A stretch of DNA of 64,000 nucleotides from an uncultured virus (IMG/VR IMGVR_UViG_3300028844_005252) (taxonomy: Duplodnaviria > Heunggongvirae > Uroviricota > Caudoviricetes), in IMG/VR virus record IMGVR_UViG_3300028844_005252. One strand, written 5' to 3'. The position numbers and the translations under genes were made by a program. The notes under the pieces were generated by a model. It was not told where the DNA came from. It searched no databases and saw only the letters and a list, made by a program, of their open reading frames with translations. Each line of letters opens with the position of its first letter. Position 1 is the first letter of the stretch. Positions 34,478 through 48,400 of the stretch are shown piece after piece.

Positions 34478-36406
34478 ATGGCAAAAGATATTTTAAAAAG
34501 ACAAGAAGAGTTGTTAGAAAAATTCGTAAATGGGACATTAACACCCGAAGAAGAAGCCGAATTTGACGCAATCCAAAAGGATGCCTCTCTTAAAGAAAAA
34601 AGAGCCGCTCAAAAGAATGGTATGGCTAAGTTTATGGATATTCTAGACGAAGACCAACCCGTCGACGAAGCTGCCAAACAACACGAAAATCTTAAAGCCG
34701 AAGAAGCTCCCGCCGCCGAAGAAGCTCCCGCCGCCAAAGAAGCTCCCGCACCAAAAAACATTGATGAGCCTGAGGTTAACAATGATAATTTTGATGTAGG
34801 GAAAGCGCAAACGGAAGGCCGCCTTGGAGCCACTCCCGCTGTCCGCAGAGAGGGCGTCACTATGGACCGACCACAGACAAATCAGGAAATAATAGAGGGA
34901 GCAGAACGAGGCAGAAGAACAGATCTCGTAATACCCAGAAAAGGTAACCCCGGATCCACAATGCCCAATTTACCCGCTCTTAAGCAGAATGCGGCACTTG
35001 ATTATTTTAATGAACAACAGCTCAAACAAGCTTTAGAAAATACGGCAGAATTTAATCGAAGAGAGGCAATAATAGGCGGTAAATACGACGAAAGTATGGG
35101 CTACGGAGCCTTTGCTAATTTATCAGATGCCGAAAAAGCAGCCGCACGGCAATCTTACGGGGCAAGTGGTGTCCGTTCCGTAAATAACGAAAACAATAGA
35201 CGCCAGCAAAACTTAATTAACCAAGGGCTTTTAGAAGACACACCCGAAGCTAGAATGCGAGAAGCATTACCTAAAGCCCCGATCGATTTAACGAATGAGG
35301 GTTATGCTATGAGTGGCAGACTCAACCCAGAGCAACAGCAAATTAAAGATCAGAAAGATGCTCAGGTTAAAGCAGAATTAGACAAAATAGCTGCCGCTGG
35401 TGGTGATGTTGTTTCAACTGAAGGTTATACACCACCACCCGGTTACCAAAGACCAGGAAGTTTAGACGACATAGGTGTCGCTGGCCCCGTCGGTGAGCGT
35501 GGTGTTGAGGGAACTATGGGAGGCGCTATGACTACAAACATAACCCCTTTTATGACCGATGAGGAGCAGGATAAAATAGTAATGGACGGTCTCAACGAGA
35601 CTTTTTCAAATACTCAAAAGATTACTCCTTTTATGCCGAATGCTCCATTAACAACGGATCAACCCTTTAATTCTAACCAAGGGACTGCTCCTCAACAGTC
35701 TCAACCCGGTTTTAATCCCTCTTTTGGTTTAAATAATTTAAATCAACCACCCGTACGCCAACCTCAGGATTTTGCTCAAGATATAGTTGACACGCTACCT
35801 CCTCCAGTACCACAAAGGGGTAACGAGTTTGATGTAAGTAAACTTCCAACTTTGGAAGAAAGAATAGACCCAGGTTTACCAGATCTAAATTCTCTACCAG
35901 CGGCAGATCCTTTTGAACCAAAACAGCCCGCTCCCGCTCCAGCTCCAGCTCCAGCTCCATCAATAGAAAATTCAGAAGTCAAACCTACACCATTTCAGAC
36001 TATGATGGAGAACAGGTCTCATTCAGCTCCCGAAGGTAGAGCAAGACCTATAACCCAGACTGAGATGCTTTTTAACTCTATACGAGACCACTACGGCAGA
36101 AATGGGGTAGACATCGAAGGAGCAAATTCACCCGGCATGGAAAAAGCCCGCAGAGACTTTACATTGATGCAGAATCAATGGAAAAACATGCATCCCGCTG
36201 AGAAAGATAATTTTATTAGAAGTAAGATAATGTCTCATAATACAGTCGACCCAAACCCTCTTACGGGCAAACAAGAAGATATTAATCATTATAATGATAA
36301 GCGGGATCTGGATAATATGGGCTGGAAAGACCAAATGCGAGCAACTGGATTTGGTGTAGAAAAACCAAAAAATAATAGACTAAAAAACATCCTAAACCCC
36401 TTTTAA
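34478..36406 (+). CDS. Low-complexity putative internal virion (ejection) protein
   Basis: AEEAPA x3 and PA repeats; Q/P/N-rich; precedes the giant protein. Confidence 0.5.
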   Translation: MAKDILKRQEELLEKFVNGTLTPEEEAEFDAIQKDASLKEKRAAQKNGMAKFMDILDEDQPVDEAAKQHENLKAEEAPAAEEAPAAKEAPAPKNIDEPEVNNDNFDVGKAQTEGRLGATPAVRREGVTMDRPQTNQEIIEGAERGRRTDLVIPRKGNPGSTMPNLPALKQNAALDYFNEQQLKQALENTAEFNRREAIIGGKYDESMGYGAFANLSDAEKAAARQSYGASGVRSVNNENNRRQQNLINQGLLEDTPEARMREALPKAPIDLTNEGYAMSGRLNPEQQQIKDQKDAQVKAELDKIAAAGGDVVSTEGYTPPPGYQRPGSLDDIGVAGPVGERGVEGTMGGAMTTNITPFMTDEEQDKIVMDGLNETFSNTQKITPFMPNAPLTTDQPFNSNQGTAPQQSQPGFNPSFGLNNLNQPPVRQPQDFAQDIVDTLPPPVPQRGNEFDVSKLPTLEERIDPGLPDLNSLPAADPFEPKQPAPAPAPAPAPSIENSEVKPTPFQTMMENRSHSAPEGRARPITQTEMLFNSIRDHYGRNGVDIEGANSPGMEKARRDFTLMQNQWKNMHPAEKDNFIRSKIMSHNTVDPNPLTGKQEDINHYNDKRDLDNMGWKDQMRATGFGVEKPKNNRLKNILNPF

Positions 36407-36411
36407 ATTAA

Positions 36412-39400
36412 ATGGGAGCTCTCGATGATCTAGATCTCGGTAAGGACCAATACCAAACCGAGAAAGAACAGGACGATTTAGGTTTTAAGAATTACCAAAG
36501 ACCTCTTCGCCCTCAACCCTTGCATGGCGAAATTCAGCCTTATGAGGATCCCGTCCAGCAAGAGCTTCCTCAACAACAGAGGCAGGCTTATAAGGATATA
36601 AAAACATTTAAAAACGACCTAGATACTCTTAATGACGGTATTAAACGGTACAAAAGTATATCCGAAACAAAAGAGCAGGCTTTAAATGATTTTTACTCAA
36701 CTAAGTTTAGCCCGTATTTCGACGAAAGCTATGCCGACGATTTTAATGTAGTAAGTGGTGAGCAGTTCGATAGCAAAAATTTCTCTACCACAAAGTTTGA
36801 TCAAGTAGACAAAGCATTTGACGCAATTGGCCGTGATTATACAGACATCGAAGCTAGGGTAGCCGAAGGTGATACTAAATGGTTTGGTGACGACACAGCT
36901 TTTCTTAGAGCACAGCAAAAACTCAAAGGTAAGAAGAGGTTTGAATTAATAAAAGCAAAACATGACCGTATGCGTAAAGATTACGACCATGCTTTTAAAG
37001 CCCACGAAAATTCCGTAGCTCGAAAGAAAGGCATGTCCGACGCATTTACAAGTTTGCCCCTTGGTATGCGAGAAGCTGCAAAAGCCTGGAAGGAAGAAAA
37101 TCCAGGGAAGAACCTTTCCGCCGATTCAATTAATAAACTTTTAGACTCCACTAAATTCGAGGATCCTAAATATTCCCCAATGGGTCTACTTTTAAACCAG
37201 GACAAGGTTGATCCCCGAACTAACTTGGTTATGCACAAAGGTAACCGGGAAGAGGAACAGCATCAAAAGCTCCAAGGTCGCAGGTTGGCGGCTGTAAAGA
37301 AAGAAGGTAAAGCCGGACTTGCAAGGGATATAAAAACTTTTGACCAGGAGACAAAGTTACGCGATCGGGGTTTAATGTACTCCACCTTAGGCCGGTTAGC
37401 TAATCATTCAATTTATCTTAGCAAGGCAGAGAAAGAGGCTTTGCACATAGATAAATTAAAGAAAGACGGCTTTATTCAATATAAAGGTGTAGATATAGCC
37501 AGTGCACAAGAAGCTCTTGGTGGGGAAGATCGTGTAATTGCAGCTAAAGCTATCGAGAATTTTGGTGAGGCTTTTACCAGCTTACAAGACGCCGAAGTAA
37601 ATTACACTAAAAACAAGGGATCAAAAGGTATATCTAAAGCCAAAGAGATACGCGATCTTGCTCAACTTAATTACGATGAAGCTGTAAAGTCCGTAACTCA
37701 ACTTGGGTTTTCAAAAGAGCTTTTAAAAAGGGGTCGCTCTAAGAGTTATTTTGGGCATCTCCGGGATTCTGCTACAAGAGGTAGTCTTTTGGATGACGCT
37801 TCGGAATACGCTTTTGCATTGGACGGCTGGCAGGAATTTGGAACGGATAAAGCTTCCGAATTAATTTCTATAATGGAGCAAATGGAATCTCTCGAAGGTT
37901 CTCATGCTTTTAAAAAATTCGGTATGGCAGAATCCGAAGGGCTGCTTGAAGCCTTCGGAAACCTATTTAGTAACTTTGAAGCGATACCCGAACTTATCAC
38001 TGAAACCATCGTAGGTTTTGGTAGTTCATATTTTGATGCCGAAAGATTAGGGGCTACAGTAGGTGTGGGGGCCGGTACAGGTTTAGCCGTAGGATCGGCT
38101 GGGTTCAATCCGCTTACAGCCGGTGGAGGAGCTGCAACAGGTGCTTTATGGGGTGCAAGAATAAATGCGGGGCTTGCTTCATTTGTAATGGAGTATGTCG
38201 GAGAATTTCTCGGAGAATTAGATAAAGAAGGCGTAGATTGGCGTAATCCAAATGTATTAGTCGCGGCAGTTAACAATCCCGCATTAATGGATAAGGTCAG
38301 AGAAAAAGCTAGGACTAAATCAGGCACTGTTGCGTTTTTCGATTTAGTAGCCGCCGGTATAGCTGGCAGAACAGCTAGGTTGGTTAAAAAACCGTCCGCT
38401 ATGAAAAAACTGCCTAAAGGTATTAAAGCTTTTAGACAAGAGTTAGACGGGGCGGCTCATGCAAGTTGGTTTAGAAATTTAGCCGCTGGAGGTGCTGAGC
38501 TTGCCGTTCAGGGATCTCTCGGGGGTATGGGTGAGGGCTTTGGTCAATTACTTACTTTAGACCCAGGTGAAGAGATTGACTGGGATGCTATAGCAGCCGA
38601 AATCGGAATCGAAATGGTTGGCCCAGGTGGTATCGGTTTAGGTATTAATTCAATATCTGCAAAAAGCCGTGGAATGTTCGGCGATTTCGGAATGGAGGAC
38701 ATTAGTGGCGCAAGTGAGACCGTACTTAATCAAGGTAATACTGAGACTGAATACGGCCGTTTAGAACAAGTCGATAGGGCTGGGTGGAAACATGAAAGAA
38801 GGCGGTTTAATACTTCCGAAGGTTTCATGCAAGCCTTGCAGGAGGTAGAGGGTTTTGATCCAAACTCAGCCAGTGGTTGGTTAATATCCCGTATTGCCGG
38901 TTTTGCGTACGGCATGGAAAAAAGAAACCTCGGTTTGGTTATTTCAGATAGAACTCCTTTTAGAAATTCAAAAACTAGAGGCGCATATCAAGACGGTGTC
39001 GTTTATATAAATACGAAAGCATTAAAAGACGGAGCTTCAACTAACTTAGTTTTACTACACGAGCTTGGCCACTTCATGCAGGATATGTTTTTCTCCGATC
39101 CCGCAAGTGTCGAGAATTTATACAATAGCCATCACGCCGGTAATGATGAAGTTCAAACCGCGGAAAACAAACTACTATCATGGGCTCAATATATTTTAGG
39201 TAAAAGGGTTACCGATCTATCTGAACTCTCCCCTAGTGAGTTGAAGATGGCTAAAGACAAATTTCAAAATACTCCCGATAATGTTATTAGGGCGGAGTGG
39301 TTTACTACACAGTTCGGATTAGCTCTCGCACAGGAATCAGGGATTGCATCGAGTGACAAACTTTCAAAAGAAATAAAGGTAGCCACTAAGAATTTCCTTA

Positions 39401-42400
39401 AAGCTATATTCGAAGGCCAGGATGAAGCTCTGGGACAGTTCTTTCCTAACGCAGATGCTAATGTAGCTGGCGTAGAGGCTAGAATGTTAATGTTAGAAGC
39501 GCTCGGTTTTAATCCAAGAGATTTAACACACAACAGAGAAGAGCAATTCAGCAGATCAGGGCCTGATGCGATAGACTTAGACAGCCAAAGAAGCACCTTC
39601 ACAGTAAATATTGCGAACATTAAAAACTGGTCTCCACAGGCTAAGGATTTATACGCTAGGCTATTAGGTTTCGATAATTATAAATCGCTTCCTAATGAAT
39701 ATAAAAACCCTCGCTATGGTAAAACCCAGGAGGTTATGGAGAAAGGCGGTGTTACCGAAGCAACTGCCGATGTAGATCTTTTAGATCCTTCTTTCCAATC
39801 TAAATTTGATCAGGGTAAAGCAACTGAAACTCAAGAGGGTGGTACCGGTTTAAAAGAAGCACTGTCTCCCGAAAAGCCCGAAAGCTCAACAACAAGAGCC
39901 GCTAAAGATGCGGCTAAGGTAGCAAGCAAAGCTAGGGTAACCGATGATGAGCTAGAAGAGCTTGGAATGACCCGTAAAGCATACGAAGAGCAAGCCGCAA
40001 AGAACGAGTTAAATCCAGGTAACACAGAGTATGCTAAAGATCTTTTAGAAAGAAGGGGTTTAGCTCCGCCGAGTAAGGAAGAAGTACAAGCGGAGAAGAC
40101 CAAGAAATTAGAAGAAACCGCCAAAGAAGGTAAACTTACTAAAGGTGCCGAAAAGGTAATTGCCGATTCTGAAAAAAGCAAAGACAAGGTTAAGCCCGAA
40201 GCTAAGCCCGATCCCGAAGCCGCCGAGAAAGCAAAGAAGGCAAAGGCTAGAAGAGAATCAGCTCCCAAAACGAAAGTAGCAATAGGTAAGAATCCCGAAG
40301 AATTAAAGGACACTCCTAAGAAAGAAGAAAGCACCGAAGAGGGGAAGCCTACACCAAGCGGTAAATTTGACGAAAAGTTCGAAGAAGAGAATTTAAAAAA
40401 GCTAGATCCACTTATTGAGCCTACCCCAAAATCGGAAGACCAAGAAGCAAACATAGATCTTCTCGAAGAAAAGGCAGAAGCATATAAAGAGCAAAAAGCT
40501 GAAGAAGAAGCCGACGCTAAAACCGAATCTGAGGGATCCGCAAATGACTTTGAACTTAAAGCCAGGGCTAAGCTGGAAGGTTTGTTAAGTAAAAACAATG
40601 CAGATTTTACTTACGAATACAAAAAAGCATCGAATGCTCTACTAAAAGAAAATAAATACCCAACCGCTTCTAGAATATTCTTTAAGATGTTATCAGAAGC
40701 CGCTGGTGACGGGAATGTCTTTATAGACGAAACTCCAGCTTTACAGGCCGCCATAAAAGAAGTCTTAGGTAGTCCGCTAATAAGACCAGGTAAAGAGGCA
40801 ATTAATAAACTAATTACAATTCTAGAATCAGCCGTAAATGAGGATTTTAACCATTTAGCAAGTAAAGAATTAAAAGTAGACGGCGTATTAATGCCCTTCG
40901 GAGTTCATCCTTTAGCAGATGTCGATTACGACAGAATCGAAATGGGTATACCCCGCCTATCGATGAATTTCAGAGCCGACGAAGAAGTTGCAACGGGTTG
41001 GGAGACTGAAAAGAATGTAAATACTCTCTTAGATCAAAAGTTCGCCGGTATTGGTAGTAGGAATTTACCCGAAAGAGCTAGAACGGCTATCGCCGGATTG
41101 CTAGCTGGTAAAATGAAAGGTCGGACTATACATTCCGGAGCCGCGACTGGAGCCGATTTTCTTTTCCATCAACAGGCTTTATTGGGAGGGGGTAAAGTAA
41201 TTAACCACTCTTTTAAAGACCATACTATACACAACAATAGCCAAGAGGAATTTGCAAAAGTACACACTCCAGCTCAACTTAAAAAAGCGGATGTACATTT
41301 AGATAAAGCCGACGAGACGCTTGGAAGAGGTTGGAAAAATAGAAATGAGTACATAAAAAACCTTTTCAGAAGAAATTACTACCAAGTTAAAGATGTTAAT
41401 CAAGTTATAGCGGTAGCTCCAATAAAAGACGGCATTGTACAAGGTGGTACAGGTTGGGCTGTTCAAATGGCTATTGACCTTGGTAAAAAAGTTACGGTTT
41501 ATGACACGAACACAAATACCTGGAAGACCTGGAATTCAAAACCATCGAAAACAACCTTAGGCAGAAGAAAAAGAGACGATGTAAAAGGTGAGACTACAAT
41601 GGAGTGGATTAAGAACGGTCAAAGAACCGCAACCACAAGAACAAAGGCTCAGGTCAGAGGTATTAAACAAGGCGATATAATAGAGTTTTACGATGGTAAA
41701 GAAACCGTATTAGTAAAAGTAACGCACGATCCTTATCAAGTTAATCACTATACAATTTCCTCCGGTATGTGGAGTCGTTATGAAGGTTGGCATGAAGACA
41801 TGTATAAACAAGTCATAAACGCCGATAAGCCCAGGTTTCAGTTTAGGTATAAACTTTTAAATAAAGAAGAAACCGAAGCGGCAAGAAAAGCTCCAATAAA
41901 ATTAGAACTTAAAGAACACATCGGCCAGGAGGGTCAATATGTTAACTTTAGAAGAAGAAGTGAGAAAGCCCATCAAAGAGACACCTCATCATCTTTATAC
42001 GCTTATAAAATAGTTAAGAACCGTAAAAGGTATAACGACGAATCAGCTTTTACTTTAGCAGCTGCATTACAAAGACTCATCGGTGAAACTCAAGATATAT
42101 CCGATTATTTGTACGGTGTTCAAAGTGTAGCTGGTGAGTTTATAGACAAGAAAGATTTAGAATACGACAGCTCCGTTATAGCCGAAATGGCTGAAATTTT
42201 CGAGTCTCCTCTAAAAGATAAGAACAATTCCGAAGGTACTACTTTACAAGAAAAACAAGATAAAATTCAGTCATTAAATCAAAAATTAACTTCTTTTTCT
42301 ATACAGTTAGCAAAAGCAGCTTCAGATTGGAAAAATTCGCACGACCCTAAAAAACCTTCAGAGGTTGCTTATTTAAAAAGAATGGAAGCGGCTCTTGAAA

Positions 42401-45400
42401 CTCTCAAGAAAGATTACGGGGGGAGTAAAACTGAAAAAGAAGCTAAAGTCAGAATGGCTCAAATAGAGCGAAGTCTGAAACATATCGAGCTAGCTGAACA
42501 AAAATTTCGTAAAGATACTAAAAAAGATCCGTATGAAGTTGAACTAGTTCCTGTAAATAAAGAAGACGCAATAGAAAACGGTGTCGACTGGTTAGATCTA
42601 CCCGTGGGTTCTTTGCTATCCCGTGATAAGAAAAAAGGTCTTTGGAATCCCTTCAGCTTAGAAAACGACTTGCAAACTCTTTTCGGTGGTAAAGTTTACA
42701 AAAATCAAAAAACTGGCGAAGTTCAAAACCAATATATGACCGTACTCGGCGCTATGGTTGGTAAAAAGAAGATGAAACTTTCAGCCGGTGGTAAATTGGC
42801 TCAAGAAGGTAGCCCAAACAGAGAATCAGTCATGATGACCGATTATGTTTCTCTTTCTCAGGAGAACAGAATTGCCGCCGTTAAAAGGATGTACGCAAAA
42901 GCAAAAGATGGGGAACAGCGTATAAAACTTAAAAAACAGCTTGATGAGTTACAAAAGAAACAGCGCGAATCCGACAGGGTTGGGTCTTTAAATACTAAAT
43001 ACCCACCTAAAACAAATGCTGACAATGAGCACATGATATCGTGGAAAGATTCTCTTAAAATCTACAACATGATAAAGCAGAGTTTCGCAACCACCGAGAC
43101 ACCGGCTGGTGCCGCTGTGGCTGCCGCCCAGACAAGATTGAAAGATCTGATGGATAAAGCATTCGAAGATATAGACGATCAACGGGGCTTCCACAATACT
43201 ACTTTAAGAGCAGTCAGTCCTCTTGGAGCTTTATTTAAAAGGATCAGAGAACAGACCGAAGTAATAGACACCGATTTAAAACCACCCGCATTTGGGGACG
43301 ATATAGGTGATTATATATCTGCTATTATTTCAGACCAACATGAATCACTAGGCTACGAGTATAAAAAAGCACTGTACAGCGATTTCGTAAGAAGGTTGTA
43401 TGAAGGTGACGCCGCTCAATCAAAGAAATCCTCCGAGCAGTTAGACCGTCTTAAGAAATCTAAGACTGTCTTCAACATGGTTGAGGATAATTGGGAAGAA
43501 ACTAAGCTAGAAGACCGTAACAAATACGAAACTACGGCTAAAGAAACCGTGTTTTTAGTAGATGAGAAGGGTAGGGGTTATACAAGAACTAGAGTAATAG
43601 CTACTCCGGATCAGATGGACACAGTCTGGGAAGATGAAGCTGAGCAAAAAGCTATGACCTCCGGTGAAACTGCCGATAATGTCGGAGGAACTTCGGAAAT
43701 TAAATCATGGGTATCTTCAAAAAATGATCGATCCGCAAAATATTTCCCATCCATATTAATGGCCAATATAGAAGAGGTAGAAAATACACCGAAACCTAGA
43801 GACGGGACTAAGGAAGATATGTGGTTACACGGGCTTAAACCAAAAGGTGAAAAGGTAGGCTACGACTATGTTAAAAGAATAATCGCTTTTATTAAAAAGT
43901 TTTCAAAAAATAAAACCGATCTAGCTAATCAAGATTTTAAATCCTTTATAAATAATGCTATAGCTGGACAGGCTTTTCCCGAGCTTAACATTAAAGCCGC
44001 TTCTCTTTCCCGTGTAAAAGATATGAGACCCTGGCAGGTTCATAACTTATTACCCGTGGTAATCGCTAATATGGTTGAGCGAAATGGTCTAGAGAATATT
44101 ACCTCATTACCTAATAAAAATGCTTTAAACGAAATTACCGAAGGTGGCCTTGCGGGTGGTTGGATATTTAAATCAGGTATTCTAGGTGTTGCGGTAAATC
44201 ACTACGGTGAAGTGTTTAAAGGTACTAATCGTATAGACGCGGGTATCACCGCAAAAGACTTGCTCGCAAGATCCGGAAAACAATTTGATGACATCGTAGC
44301 AAAATACCAGGCTTTAATAAACGATCCAAATGCCGATAATGTTTACGGCAGAAAGAAAGCTCAATCGGACTTAGAAAAAATGTACAAAATGTTCGGCGGA
44401 CCGATTAACTACTCTTTAGGACAGTTTGCCGAGGAAATAAGAAATGACGAAGCAAGAGAGCGTTACCAAGCAATGTATTTTGCACAATGGATAACTAAGA
44501 GAGTGGCCGAGATGGGTGGGCTAGAGTCTTCGTTCGGAGCTAAAGTTTTCGAGGATGCTCAAAACCCAGATGTTCTAACAGAAAGCCAGGAAAGAGACGC
44601 ATCCGATAAGGCTAATGACGAAAATGATATGACTTCTGCCAGAGATTTAGCGGACGCTATGTCAGGTCTTAATGAAAAATCAGAAGCTAAAACTAATGTA
44701 ACAACATTAGCAGACACTGTATCGGATCCAGCCGAGAAGGTTATGGAGTCCGAAATAAAATCAGGAGCCTGGGAAGATGTCCATTCCGTAATAAGTATGT
44801 CTAACGAACAGCTTGGCAAAGACCCTCGATTCATGAGGCTTTTAAAAACAGGCGAAGTTACAACGGACATGGTTCGCAGGATGGCAGAGCTTACATTCGC
44901 AGATTCTTTAAATCAGTTAGGAACTGATGCAGAAGTCACAGCGGCATTAGACGCAATAATGGAAGACAATAAAAAGAAGTACGGTAAACCCACAGCTTTA
45001 GGTTCCGAGCTTCTTCTTGTTTCTGAGATGCCCGCTTTATTTAGCGAAAGATTTTCAGCGGCAACAAGAGCCGCTCTCGCCGGTGGTTGGAATAAATTAC
45101 CCGAAGAATGGAGAAACCAGATGGAGAAAATGTGGTATGGGGTTCGTGTAAGAATCTACAACCAACATATTTCCTTAGAAGAGTTGTCTACAAAGCTTAA
45201 TAAAGATTTAAAACTTGGATACGGTGACACCGCTCGAGACTTCTTTGATGTTATGGGTATCATACTACCCAGCTATGCAAAAGTTAAAATAGCCTCCCGC
45301 ATATTTGACGCTAAATATAAGAAACCAATTCTTAAAATATTAGAAGAGTATGGGGTCTCCGATAAACAGTTTGGTGAGTATGTTCAGGCACTATCGGCTG

Positions 45401-48400
45401 GCGTTAATAATAGGCACATTCGCAAACTTCTGAATGATGAAAGATCGAAACTAAAAGAAGATCTAAAGGTAGCCGAGGAAAATTTAAAACAAGAAACAAA
45501 TGACGACGAGAAGAAGTCAAAAGAATCTAATATCAAAAAACTCAAAGAAGAAATTGAGCAGTACGACGAAAGTAACTACAACAATGCAAAGGGGGAGTTT
45601 GCAGCTTCGGGATATAGTAATGCAGAAGCTATAGATCAGATAAAAAAATCATTAAAAGATCCACAGCTTAAAAAGGCGTTAGCTGATAAAAGAAATCTAA
45701 TGGGCTTGTTCCAGCAGATGAATGCATCAACTATCATAACGGCATGGCAGACTGGTCAAATTACACAGGAAGCTATGTTTAAGATGTTAACCACTAAATC
45801 CCGTGCATCTTCAGCCGACAAACTCGTTGACACGGTATTTAATATGCTCGCTCTTAATCCCGAAACGGGGAAGCCATTTAACAGAGAAGACTTTAAAGAC
45901 GACATTGAAATCATAAAAAAGACTTGGGCTTCTGAGTCCTGGGATCAGCAAAGGACAGAGGAAGGTGGTGAGATACTAGACGGTTATTACTACGCACCTA
46001 TGCTTGGATTTGCTGACAACGAAATGCATTTCAAACAAGAAGAATCTTTAGCCGAACTTACTGGTATGGGGAGTGGTTCAGGATCAGGTGGATGGAATGC
46101 TAGCCCATCTAAAAAACCTCTAGGTCCGTATGCCCAAGGCCGTAGGGGTATAAGCAGACCCGACCCGAAATCCGCACTATCTCATTCATTTTTAAAGCAT
46201 GACGAAATTGTTATGCGCGGAGCTAAACAGGAACCTGGCAAAAGAGTAAGAGAGTGGTACGAATTGTTTCTTGAAATGAAGCAAAACGAAAAAGCTATTC
46301 GTGAGCAGAAGTCGGTCGAATGGTCTGAAAACTTTCAAGGTATTATAGAGAACTATAATATGAAAGGTATATTCACCAACCCTTCAAAAACATCCGTTAT
46401 ATTTAATCAATTCGATTCAATGTTCGAATCAGTGCAAGAGCATCCCGATGGTAAGATGCCCACACAAAATAGAATCGTAGTAGAGCCTGTCGAAAGAGGT
46501 AATAAACGATTTGTGTCACTTAGGAAAAAGGATGTGAGTCTTAGGACGACGGACAAAGGGATGTTTTTCGTAAAGAAAGAAGGTGAATTAGAGTTTGTAA
46601 AATTCAGACAAGATATTGGCGGAGTAAAAGGAGCGAGAGTTTTTAACGAGCTTACCAACAACCAAGTGAATAAACTTCTCGGAGTAGACTTACAGAATAA
46701 TTTACTTCTAAGAACTATTAATTGGGGTACAAGAATGTTGGCTCAAGCATACACATCTTATAACCCCGATTTCATACTTACCAACCTTGTTAGGGATATG
46801 ACTACTGCTACCCTAAACTTAGGGGAAGATGATAAAAAACGGATTACTAAAGCCTATACAAAACAGTTTAAAAAGTTCCCATCGTATATAAATAAAATAC
46901 GAAAAGCCGAAGCCGCTCTTGATGAGGGTACCCGTTCTTTAAAGTTTAAAAATATGTCCGCCGAAGAAGCTGTTAAAAACATAGCCGACGACGACATAGC
47001 TCAATGGTTCCAGTTCTTCGAAGCTCACGGCATGAGAACTTCTTTTACGAAGCAAGAAAAGCAAACCGAAATGATGTCCGCGTTGCAGGATGCGATCGGT
47101 GAGAAGAAGTTTCCAAAAGTTGATAAAGTAAAAAAGATTATAAATAACAAAGGCGTTCGTGGTTTTGTGGAGTTTGTTGAAAACGCCAATGTGGGTGTTG
47201 AAAATGTATCCCGTGTTGTTGTAGCAAAAGAAATGCTTAAAAGTGGTAAATTTACCTTACAACAATCCGTAATGGCTGGTAGAAATATATCGGTGGATTT
47301 TAACAAAAAGGGTACTTGGAGCTCGGGAATAGGTTCTTTAATGCTGTTCTTTAATGCCGGTGTTCAAGGTAACATCCGGTTTGTTAAGTCCGTATTCAGC
47401 CACGGTAGTGGTAGAGCACAAAAACTAGCCGTAAGTATTATAGGTGCATCCATACTTCATTCGATGCTTCAAAGAATGTTGTCCGCCGAGGAGGATGATG
47501 AGGAGAACAATCATTATAATAACTTAGGCAGTTACATAAGAAACAACAATTTAGTTATATTCACAGGAGATAAAAAACATATAACAATCCCTCTTCCTTG
47601 GGGGTATAATATATTCTGGTCTATCGGTCAGAGAATTGCTCACGCTATGGCGGGAGGTAATATTATCGACGAGGGTGCGGGGATTGTAAATGATGTACAT
47701 AACACATTAAATCCTTTAGCTGGCGGTATAACCCCAGGTGTCTTTGCTCCGATAGCCGCCGTAAAGGATAACGAAACCTTTTATGGGGCTCCATTAACTA
47801 AACCTAAAAGAGATTTTGATGTAGAAAAGCCACCAGCTTTTAGAGAGATAAAAGGAACAAAGCAGGCTTTTATTGACATCTCCCGAGCTATGAATTCCTT
47901 TTTCGGTGGGGATTCGGTAAAACCGGCCACATTAAAAGGTTTGTTTACCGATGAAATACCCGAAGGTGACTTTGATATTAATTTAGCAATGTCAGGAAGT
48001 GCATTGGAACATTTATTCGAAGGTTACACAGGTGGGCCTGGAGCATTCTTAAGTAGAATACTTTCGGGTACTGCTTCTCTGATGGATGATGAGCCTATAG
48101 ATATGAATTGGAATGAGGTTCCCGTAACCCGCCGTTTCTTTAAGGGTGATTATTCCAACTTCGCTATATCGAAAAGATTCTATAACTTAAGAGACAGAGT
48201 ACTAAAAGCGGATACTTATGTCAGAAACCTAAAAAACGGTGTTAGAGTTGAGGAGGCTAAACAAGGTATGAAGAACAATAAAAACCTTATTAGTATAAAA
48301 GCATCACTCGACGGAGCTGAATCTCGAAGAAAAGATCTTCAAAGAATGTTAGATAAACTAGAACAATCTAATATACCACCCGCGGAAAAGAAGATAAAAA

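Noticed and set aside
39831..40598. Long antisense ORFs (also 14379..14936, 37902..38327 and others)
   Set aside because: Shadows of genes on the opposite strand, with no motifs of their own.
47950..48000. Virion RNA polymerase motif (GDFDIN) in the giant protein
   Set aside because: Not DxDxD, lies inside the LPD38-like region, and no other RNAP motifs were seen.
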